From a virus: DNA of 39,114 nt. How positions within the stretch are numbered: the stretch's first letter is position 1; every line of letters starts with the position of its first letter. Positions 32,361 through 39,114 of this stretch are shown one piece after another. The stretch lies in the IMG/VR virus record IMGVR_UViG_3300014291_000001. One strand, given 5' to 3'. A program made the position numbers and the translations under genes. Under the pieces are notes generated by a model, which was not told where the DNA came from, did not search any database, and saw only the letters and a list, made by a program, of their open reading frames with translations.

Positions 32361-33551
32361 ATGGCTAAGAAGAAACGTATCAAACTAAATGACCAACAGT
32401 TGATGCTGATGGCTGATAACGTTTCAGACATCTACCGTCAATTATGTAACGACCTATTCGATAATGTGGTTGAGAGATTGCATGACCGTGGGACTTACTA
32501 CCTTGACCAACAGCCTTATCTTTGGCAATTAGAGAAGATGGCAGACGTTGGGATGTTGAATGACCACAATATCAAACTCATTGCTGAATATTCTGGCATT
32601 GCTGAGAAACAGATTCGATACATTATCGAGAATGAAGGTTATCAAGTCTATAAAGATACTCATGCTCAGTTGAAATCGAACACTTACGATTATCAAGTCA
32701 TGAAAGACCTTATCAGCTACTCTAATCAAGCAATTCATGATGTTCATAACCTTATCAATACGACACTGCCAAAGAGTGTGCAAGCTACTTACAAGGATAT
32801 TATTGAGACTACGGTAGCTAAAGTAATCACTGGCATGGCAACACCTCAGAAAGCCCTAGACGAAACGATAATGAAGTTTCAAGAGCGTGGTTTCTATGGC
32901 TATACTGACAGAGCAGGACGCAGACAGAGAGCTGATGCTTACGCCAGAACGGTCATTAAAACGACTGCTAGACGTACATTCAATGAAATGCGAATGAGAC
33001 CAGCTCAAGAGCTTGGTATTGATACGTTCTATTACTCAATCAAGGCATCGGCTAGGGAAATGTGTGCACCTCTCCAAAATCAGATAGTCACCACTGGTCG
33101 AGCTCGTACTGAAGAAGGCATTAAAATCTTCGCTCTTGATGATTATGGCTACGGTAAGCCCGGAGGGTGCCAAGGCATTAACTGTGGACACACTATGACT
33201 CCTTTTATCCCAGGCGTCAACTATATGCCAGACATTGATGATGACTTGAAAGGCTTGACTGAAGAACAAGCTATCGAGAACGCCAACATCCAGAGCAAAC
33301 AACGAGCTATGGAAAGAGCTATCAGAGCCTCTAAAGAGCGTCTGCACGTTGCTGAAACGATGCACAATGAGGAATTGACCGAAAAATACAAAACAAGGCT
33401 TACAGAGCAGAAGAGAGCTTTGAAATCGTATGTTGATAAATACCAATTCTTGTATCGAGATAGAGAGCGTGAGAGATACCACGACGACCCACTGGCAAAA
33501 ACTCGTGAAGCTATTAGACAACGGGATATGTTGGCAAAAAAACACGCTTAA
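32361..33551 (+). CDS. Minor head protein (SPP1 gp7 / Mu F-like head morphogenesis)
   Basis: 396 aa following the portal gene. The central region ...RRQRADAYARTVIKTTARRT...CAPLQNQIV... is typical of the gp7 family. Confidence 0.75.
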   Translation: MAKKKRIKLNDQQLMLMADNVSDIYRQLCNDLFDNVVERLHDRGTYYLDQQPYLWQLEKMADVGMLNDHNIKLIAEYSGIAEKQIRYIIENEGYQVYKDTHAQLKSNTYDYQVMKDLISYSNQAIHDVHNLINTTLPKSVQATYKDIIETTVAKVITGMATPQKALDETIMKFQERGFYGYTDRAGRRQRADAYARTVIKTTARRTFNEMRMRPAQELGIDTFYYSIKASAREMCAPLQNQIVTTGRARTEEGIKIFALDDYGYGKPGGCQGINCGHTMTPFIPGVNYMPDIDDDLKGLTEEQAIENANIQSKQRAMERAIRASKERLHVAETMHNEELTEKYKTRLTEQKRALKSYVDKYQFLYRDRERERYHDDPLAKTREAIRQRDMLAKKHA

Positions 33552-33649
33552 AAAGCGTAAACTAGTATTATTAACAATACTACGTATAGACATGGATTAT
33601 AGAAAGATGGTGATCCAATTCTTGACTCGTAGGAACAGACTACTAATAA

Positions 33650-33681
33650 AACCGTATCAATTTGATGCGGTTTTTCTTTTT
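33650..33681 (+). terminator. Rho-independent terminator-like hairpin inside the late operon
   Basis: AACCGTATC-AATTT-GATGCGGTT (one G.U pair) followed by TTTCTTTTT, within the 197-nt gap before the scaffold gene. Confidence 0.55.
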
Positions 33682-33748
33682 GACCTGTCGAACGTCGTAA
33701 AACTAGGCAAATTCAGTCCCTTGGACGTAAAACGAAGGAGTTTTAAAC

Positions 33749-34366
33749 ATGAGTTTGAAACGTGACATGTTAGTTGAAGCTGGTATTACAGATAAAGCAG
33801 TTATTGATTCCTTAATGAATGCGTACGGTTCTGGGATTGAGAACGCCAAAACACAAGCTAAATCTGAATTACAAGCTGAAAACGACAGCCTTAAACAACA
33901 ACTTGAACAACAAAGCCAAGCACTCAACGACTTGCAAGCCAAAGAGGGAGCAAGTGAGGAACTCAAACAACAATTGACGGACTTACAAGCTAAATTTGAC
34001 ACTTACAAGTCAGAGAACGAAGCTAACCTTGTCCGAGTTAACAAATCAAATGCTATTCGTCTGGCATTGAAGGATGTGGACGCTCACAATTCAGACGACC
34101 TTGCTAAATTCATCAATTTTGACGAAATCGAACTTGATGAATCTGGGAAACCTAAACTAGATAAGGTCATTAAAGGATTGAAAGAGACAAGCCCATATCT
34201 ATTTAAGCAAGACGAACAAGCAGCACAACCTAAAATCTTCGCTGGTGGCAATCCAACCGCTAGTCAGAATGGACTCACCAAAGAAGATTTTAAACGCATG
34301 GGTATCAATGAGCGTCAAGAACTCTTTGATAAAGACCCAGAACTATACCAACAATTGAAAGGATGA
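33749..34366 (+). CDS. Scaffolding protein (DUF4355-like)
   Basis: 205 aa, helical and Q/E/K-rich, immediately upstream of the capsid gene. Confidence 0.75.
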   Translation: MSLKRDMLVEAGITDKAVIDSLMNAYGSGIENAKTQAKSELQAENDSLKQQLEQQSQALNDLQAKEGASEELKQQLTDLQAKFDTYKSENEANLVRVNKSNAIRLALKDVDAHNSDDLAKFINFDEIELDESGKPKLDKVIKGLKETSPYLFKQDEQAAQPKIFAGGNPTASQNGLTKEDFKRMGINERQELFDKDPELYQQLKG

Positions 34367-34373
34367 ATAATCT

Positions 34374-35219
34374 ATGGTTCTTGGAACAACAACGACTGCT
34401 CAAGTCATTAATCCACAGGTTATGGCTGACATGGTATCAGCAAAATTGCCTAAACTTATCAAATTCACACCGCTTGCAGTAGTGGAAACAACTCTCGTAG
34501 GTCGTCCGGGGGACGAACTTACAGTGCCACAATGGACATATTCTGGTGATGCCACTGAAATCACTGAAGGTCAAGCTATTCCAATTGACCAACTTGGCAC
34601 TAAAGAAACAAAAATGAAAATCAAACAAGCAGGGAAAGCTATCGAAATCACAGATAAAGCTGCCCTTGTTGGTCACGGTAACGTTTACGGTGAAGCAACT
34701 AACCAGATTGCTTTGGCCATTGCTAACAAAGTCGATAACGATATCGTGGAAGTGGCTAAAACTGCTACTCAGAACATCGCTGATGCACCTACTACAGTAG
34801 CCAACATCGACAAAGCTTTGGAAATCTTCGCTGATGAAGAAGACGCTCGCTATGTAGCTCTTATCAATCCAAAGGATGCTATCAAATTGCGTGCTGATGC
34901 CGGTCAAAACTGGTTGAAAGGTTCAGAAGTTGGTGCTGATGTTGTCGTATCTGGCACTTTCGGTGAAGTAGCTGGCGTGCAAATCGTCCGTACTAAGAAA
35001 GTCGAAGAAGGAAAAGGATTCCTAGTTAAAGTTTCTTCACTTCAAACTGATACAGACGATGATGCTAAATACGGGGCATTCGTGATCAACTTGAAACGTG
35101 ATGTCATGATTGAAAATGACCGTGACATTTTGAAAAAGACTACTGTCTATTCTGGTGATGAGTATTACGGTGTCTATCTCTACGATGACTCTAAGGTGGT
35201 TAAGTTCGGAGGTGCCTAA
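34374..35219 (+). CDS. Major capsid protein
   Basis: 281 aa following the scaffold gene. Its position and size fit small HK97-fold capsid proteins of pac-type lactic-acid-bacterial siphoviruses. Confidence 0.8.
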   Translation: MVLGTTTTAQVINPQVMADMVSAKLPKLIKFTPLAVVETTLVGRPGDELTVPQWTYSGDATEITEGQAIPIDQLGTKETKMKIKQAGKAIEITDKAALVGHGNVYGEATNQIALAIANKVDNDIVEVAKTATQNIADAPTTVANIDKALEIFADEEDARYVALINPKDAIKLRADAGQNWLKGSEVGADVVVSGTFGEVAGVQIVRTKKVEEGKGFLVKVSSLQTDTDDDAKYGAFVINLKRDVMIENDRDILKKTTVYSGDEYYGVYLYDDSKVVKFGGA

Positions 35220-35404
35220 TGGGTATGTTAATGCGTCGTCATTTGAACGACATTGAACCTACTCCCGTTGCTGAAACGGTTGAGGAAGTAACTAACACGC
35301 TCGAAGATAAGACTGTTGCTGATTTGCGAGTAATCGCTCAACAACGAGGTCTTGCTGGTATTTCATCACTCACCAAGGCAGAACTCTTAGACCTCCTTAA
35401 GTGA
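35219..35404 (+). CDS. Rho-N/SAP-like domain small protein
   Basis: 61 aa. TVADLRVIAQQRGLAGISSLTKAELLDLLK. Confidence 0.6.
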   Translation: MGMLMRRHLNDIEPTPVAETVEEVTNTLEDKTVADLRVIAQQRGLAGISSLTKAELLDLLK

Positions 35405-35421
35405 TGAAGGGAGGTGGTTAA

Positions 35422-35811
35422 ATGACCTATTTAACCGAAACGGAATTTCTAAAGCTTGGTTTTGAAGATGTGGAAGATTTTGAAAAACTACGAGCTAGAG
35501 CAAGCATGATTGTCGACTTGTATATCAAGAACTTCTACGACTTCACCGATTTTGAAACAGACTTCGAACCACGAAGACAAGCGGTCAAGAAGGCGGTAGC
35601 TTATCAAATCGCTTACCTTGATTCTAGCGGTGTTATGACTGCTGAAGATAAGTCTTCGTTGTCCAGTATGACGGTTGGACGTACTCATGTAAGCTATCAA
35701 AACACCTCTAGCAGCTCTCAGAGTGGCAAGCAGTATAATCTATCTCTTGACGCTCTAAACTGGCTGACATTGGCTGGTTTTGGCTATAAGGCGGTGGGCT
35801 ATGATAGATAA
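35422..35811 (+). CDS. Head-tail connector protein (gp6/gp15-like)
   Basis: 129 aa. Called on position after the capsid gene and on size. Confidence 0.6.
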   Translation: MTYLTETEFLKLGFEDVEDFEKLRARASMIVDLYIKNFYDFTDFETDFEPRRQAVKKAVAYQIAYLDSSGVMTAEDKSSLSSMTVGRTHVSYQNTSSSSQSGKQYNLSLDALNWLTLAGFGYKAVGYDR

Positions 35812-36133
35812 ACGCATGTTAGTCGATACTGTCACTATCCAGAAGCCTGCTGAGGTTGATAAGTGGGGAAAAGAAACGTACTCAGACCCTATCACGTTGA
35901 AGCATGTTAGGTTTGACCGTTCCACATCTCATACCGGCAGTGGTCAAAATCGCAACGAGGATAACTTTTCTGTTCTCATGGTCTATCCGAAGTACACACC
36001 TATTGAGTTGGACGATAGTTGGCTGAATGGTCGAGTGAATGACACTCACCGAGACTTCATTATCCGTAAAATTATCCCTCAGTATCATCCGTTTAAGCAT
36101 ACGATTCTATGCTATGAAATCGAGGTGATCTAA
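35801..36133 (+). CDS. Head closure / minor capsid family protein
   Basis: 110 aa from the ATG at 35801, which overlaps the upstream stop. The track start at 35780 is a TTG. Confidence 0.55.
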   Translation: MIDKRMLVDTVTIQKPAEVDKWGKETYSDPITLKHVRFDRSTSHTGSGQNRNEDNFSVLMVYPKYTPIELDDSWLNGRVNDTHRDFIIRKIIPQYHPFKHTILCYEIEVI

Positions 36134-36528
36134 TGGGTGCTGATGTCACTATCAAGGTAGACTTGCAAGGACTTGAAAAGAAATGCAGTCCTGAAGCAGT
36201 CAGACGCGGTCAGGTTGCCATGAGTAATCAAATGCTCTTGGATATGAACAAGTACACACCAGTTCAATCCGGCCACTTACGAGGCAGTGGACACTCTAAC
36301 GTTGATACGTTGGTCTGGTCAACACCTTATGCACGGATTAGGTTCTACAATCGTAGGCTGAAGCTGTTCTTCTCAGAGAAACAACGTAAGTTCTTCTTTG
36401 CAAACAAAGATAGACTACTAGCTCACAAACCAAAACCCGGAACTGGTGGGCGTTGGGACAAGAAAGCTGCTGCTAAACACAGTAAACAGTGGGGACAAGT
36501 AGCAATTAGAGCAATGGGAGTTAGATAG
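36133..36528 (+). CDS. Head-tail joining protein (HK97 gp10-like / minor capsid 2)
   Basis: 131 aa with an ATG overlapping the upstream stop. ...MLLDMNKYTPVQSGHLRGSG.... Confidence 0.55.
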   Translation: MGADVTIKVDLQGLEKKCSPEAVRRGQVAMSNQMLLDMNKYTPVQSGHLRGSGHSNVDTLVWSTPYARIRFYNRRLKLFFSEKQRKFFFANKDRLLAHKPKPGTGGRWDKKAAAKHSKQWGQVAIRAMGVR

Positions 36529-36932
36529 TGAATAATAATGATTTTTCAGAGGTGTTGCAAGTCTTCCTAGCTGGTCTAGGATTACCACTAACACCTCGAC
36601 TAGATTACCTTAACGAAGGTGAAGACTTGGTAATATACGCTTTGCCGGGTGGCAAAGCGGAAGATGAAGATATGGCTGGCACACAGATTTTGTCGCTACC
36701 TTATGAGATAGCGATTAAGTCCAAAGACCAACAAAAAGTGAACGCAACACTTTGGAAAATCAACACTGAACTTTCCAAAATCGGTCTTGAATTACCAAGT
36801 TTAAACAATTCTTACACATTCTTGTCGTTGAAAGTTGAGACACCGAGCCTTAACGATGTCAATGACCAAGACTATTACATTTACTTGCTAGACTTGCAAG
36901 CAACTATTGAAGTAGAAAGGAGCCTTAATTAA
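36528..36932 (+). CDS. Tail completion/terminator-like protein
   Basis: 134 aa. GTG start overlapping the upstream TAG; SD GGGAG 8 nt upstream. Confidence 0.5.
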   Translation: MNNNDFSEVLQVFLAGLGLPLTPRLDYLNEGEDLVIYALPGGKAEDEDMAGTQILSLPYEIAIKSKDQQKVNATLWKINTELSKIGLELPSLNNSYTFLSLKVETPSLNDVNDQDYYIYLLDLQATIEVERSLN

Positions 36933-37507
36933 TGGCTAAATTTAAAAATGCGATTCGTAAGCATTACATTGCACCGTTCAATTCAGAACACCCAGACACT
37001 CCACCAACAGAAGATAAATATTTGTGGATTGCCAAAGGTATCAAAGAATCTGCGCCTGAAAATGACGCAGAAGACGATGACGTTGCTTACTTCGACGGTG
37101 ATGGTACTAAAGAGAAAATCATCACTTCAAAATCTCGTGGTCGCTCATTTGAGGGGCACCGTGACTATGATGATAAAGCTCAAAACTTTGTCGTTGAAAA
37201 AGAAGATGCAGTAGCTGACGACTTGGTTGTTTGGTACAAGGAAGTTGTGCCTAACGGTAAATACTACAAGGAAGGTCTTGCTCGACTTTCTGAAATTGAA
37301 GTCGGTGACGGTGAAGCATCAGAACTTGAGACAATTAAGTTCCAAGTCAACTGGTCACGTACACCACAGAAACATGACATCAGTGGCACACCAGTAGCAG
37401 CCGCAGCAGTAGCAGCTTCTGGCACTGGTTCTGAAACTTCTGGACGTACAGCGTCACCGGGTTCTAGCCGTTCGTCTGAAACTGAATCAGCGACAGTAAC
37501 TGGATAA
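36932..37507 (+). CDS. Major tail protein
   Basis: 191 aa. Called on its position before the tail chaperones and TMP and on the strong terminator downstream. Confidence 0.75.
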   Translation: MAKFKNAIRKHYIAPFNSEHPDTPPTEDKYLWIAKGIKESAPENDAEDDDVAYFDGDGTKEKIITSKSRGRSFEGHRDYDDKAQNFVVEKEDAVADDLVVWYKEVVPNGKYYKEGLARLSEIEVGDGEASELETIKFQVNWSRTPQKHDISGTPVAAAAVAASGTGSETSGRTASPGSSRSSETESATVTG

Positions 37508-37540
37508 TCTAACTAAATAAAAAACAAAGATAAGACAACT

Positions 37541-37574
37541 GAGGGGTGGGGTTTAGCCCTTCCCCTCTTTTTTC
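37541..37574 (+). terminator. Rho-independent terminator after the major tail gene
   Basis: GAGGGGTGGGG-TTTAG-CCCTTCCCCTC hairpin followed by TTTTTT. Confidence 0.8.
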
Positions 37575-37596
37575 GTATTAGAAGGAGTAAATAACC

Positions 37597-37959
37597 ATGG
37601 TAGTAATTAAAAAACGTAGCAATGTCATCCCAGTAGACTTCGGTGAGTTCCAACTTAATTTCCCATTATCAGATAGCAATCTAAAACGTATGGAAGAAGT
37701 CGGTAAAGATTTGGAAGCCAAAAGCATGATTATCCAAGGCACAGACAACAAAGAAGCCATTGATGCGTCAAAGGGTTTTATTGAAGATGCTTTCAAACAA
37801 ATCTTTGACGATGAAGAAGCGTTTAAACTTGTCTATGCGTTTGCTGGTGAATCAACAAGTATCGCCATGTTCTATCTGATTGAAACTATCAACGGTATTC
37901 GTTCTGAATTTGAGAATCAAAACTCAAAGGCAGCCTTCGATAAATATTTGGCTGAGTAA
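37597..37959 (+). CDS. Tail assembly chaperone (gpG-like)
   Basis: 120 aa, acidic; the first of the two ORFs between the major tail gene and the TMP. Confidence 0.65.
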   Translation: MVVIKKRSNVIPVDFGEFQLNFPLSDSNLKRMEEVGKDLEAKSMIIQGTDNKEAIDASKGFIEDAFKQIFDDEEAFKLVYAFAGESTSIAMFYLIETINGIRSEFENQNSKAAFDKYLAE

Positions 37960-37961
37960 TC

Positions 37962-38459
37962 ATGTTAGACCTATCACGAAAACTAACGGATAAGTTAGTA
38001 ATCGATGATAAAGAGTACGCCCTAGACCTTTCGTTTAACAATGTCCTAAAGCTCTTTGAAATGTGGAGAGACGAGGATGTTCCAGAGTTTGTTAAACCAC
38101 ATTTTGGCATCCGTATCTTGACTGGTGAGACCTTGGAAGATTTCACAGTCGAGGAAATGACAGAGATATTCAACGAGGTTTTTGAGGAACACATCAGCTT
38201 GTCAGAGGTTGAGGACAACCATGTCGAGTATGACTTGGCAGGAAACCCCATGAAGACAACGGCAAGCGACGAGCCTAAGGAAAAGGCCCCTTATGACATT
38301 CGTTTTGACGGTGACTATATCTATGCGTCATTCTTGCAGGCTTACGGCATTGATCTATTCGATGTTCAAGGAAAACTCCACTGGAAGAAGTTTAACGCTC
38401 TACTTTCTGGGTTGCCAGAGGGTACTAAATTCATGGAAGTTGTCAAAATCAGAAAATGA
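37962..38459 (+). CDS. Second tail chaperone (Gp15/gpT-like), ending at an in-frame TGA
   Basis: 165 aa. The same frame stays open for 38 more codons after the TGA at 38457-38459. Confidence 0.65.
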   Translation: MLDLSRKLTDKLVIDDKEYALDLSFNNVLKLFEMWRDEDVPEFVKPHFGIRILTGETLEDFTVEEMTEIFNEVFEEHISLSEVEDNHVEYDLAGNPMKTTASDEPKEKAPYDIRFDGDYIYASFLQAYGIDLFDVQGKLHWKKFNALLSGLPEGTKFMEVVKIRK

Positions 38460-38576
38460 AAGCCACAAAAGGGCGACTCAGCTGAATACAAAGAGGAAAT
38501 GCGTAGGCTTCAAAAAGATTATGCTCTCCCTAACGACACAATCGTTGATGAAGAATACGAAGAAGAAGAATTTTAG
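38460..38576 (+). other. In-frame post-TGA extension of the Gp15-like ORF (read-through product or remnant of a nonsense mutation)
   Basis: KPQKGDSAEYKEEMRRLQKDYALPNDTIVDEEYEEEEF, then TAG at 38574-38576. It ends directly before the TMP SD (AAAGGAGGG). Confidence 0.5.
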
Positions 38577-38591
38577 AAAGGAGGGATAATC

Positions 38592-39114
38592 ATGGCAGAT
38601 GGTACAGTTACCATCAAGGCGTTATTCGATGGCAAAGACGCTGAAAGTGGGGCTAAACGCATCAAAGGGGCTTTAGAAGGCTTGAAAGGGTCAGCTGGCA
38701 AGGTTGGTTCGGTCTTTAAATCTGTTCTCGGTGCTAACTTAATCGGTGGTGCTATCATGGGCGGTATTAGCGCTCTTGGTAACGGCATGAAGTCAATGGT
38801 TGGTGAGCTTAATAGCTCAGCGAAAGCATGGAAGACCTTTGAAGGCAACATGCAACAGATTAACATGCCTACTGAACAGATTCAGCAAGTCAAAGGCGAG
38901 TTGCAGGACTTTGCGACCAAGACCATCTATTCTGCATCCGACATGGCTTCTACTTACTCACAGTTAGCAGCCGTCGGAACGAAGAATACAACCGAGCTCG
39001 TAAAGGGCTTTGGTGGTCTTGCAGCGGCAGCAGAAAACCCGCAACAAGCCATGAAGACTTTGAGCCAACAAGCAACCCAAATGGCCGCTAAGCCAAAGGT
39101 TCAATGGCAAGACT
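38592..39114 (+). CDS. Tape measure protein, N-terminal part (continues at position 78 of the window)
   Basis: SD AAAGGAGGG, ATG at 38592, open to the end of the window. 39038-39114 duplicates 1-77 in the same frame as the 14..4099 ORF. Confidence 0.85.
   Translation, partial: MADGTVTIKALFDGKDAESGAKRIKGALEGLKGSAGKVGSVFKSVLGANLIGGAIMGGISALGNGMKSMVGELNSSAKAWKTFEGNMQQINMPTEQIQQVKGELQDFATKTIYSASDMASTYSQLAAVGTKNTTELVKGFGGLAAAAENPQQAMKTLSQQATQMAAKPKVQWQD
39038..39114. repeat. Terminal direct repeat, right copy
   Basis: Identical to 1..77. Confidence 0.95.

Noticed and set aside
33036-33593. 185-aa - strand ORF inside the minor head protein gene
   Set aside because: It is entirely antisense to a conserved head morphogenesis gene in a unidirectional late operon, and it has no SD or promoter.
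37940-37965. Canonical -1 programmed frameshift joining the gpG-like (37597..37959) and gpT-like (37962..38459) chaperone ORFs
   Set aside because: The downstream ORF is in the -1 frame, but that frame has a TGA at 37953-37955. The shift would therefore have to occur on the last GAG-TAA codons, where there is no XXXYYYZ slippery heptamer.
38293-38589. 98-aa ORF in the +1 frame overlapping the end of the Gp15-like gene, considered as a frameshift product
   Set aside because: Its product is basic and low-complexity (..KRKCVGFKKIMLSLTTQSLMKNTKKKNFRKEG) and needs a +1 shift with no obvious signal. The zero-frame post-TGA extension is far more protein-like.

Overview
The window is a complete, circularly permuted temperate siphovirus genome of about 39.0 kb. 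Bases 1-77 are repeated exactly at 39038-39114, and the tape-measure gene runs across that junction. The host is a low-GC Gram-positive; the protein set looks streptococcal or lactic-acid-bacterial from memory, not from a search. Gene order on the + strand: tape measure, Dit, Tal, receptor-binding protein, two holins, three small fibre-like ORFs, endolysin. Next comes an insulated three-gene moron, then attP. The lysogeny module is on the - strand: a TP901-1-type large serine integrase, a membrane protein, an ImmA-like protease and a cI-like repressor. Back on the + strand are a cro/antirepressor switch with palindromic operators and a Rep-like ORF. That ORF ends in an origin with two DnaA boxes, seven phased 15-bp iterons and AT-rich repeats. 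An LPXTG adhesin cassette follows, then ERF, DUF1351, SSB, RusA and small early genes, then a 748-nt ORF-free gap. The late genes are ArpU, TerS, TerL, portal, head, connector, major tail and tail chaperones. The items most worth follow-up are: (1) the three-gene cassette at 12151-13446, a possible anti-CRISPR or anti-defence operon; (2) the sortase-anchored adhesin inside the early region, whose repeats are synonymously recoded; (3) the 748-nt gap, which carries two tRNA T-arm-like minihelices and diverged repeats; (4) the plasmid-style origin and a nearby 141-bp inverted-repeat element; (5) an in-frame TGA followed by a coding-looking 38-codon extension in the second tail-chaperone gene. All homology statements are recollections of family motifs and need database confirmation.
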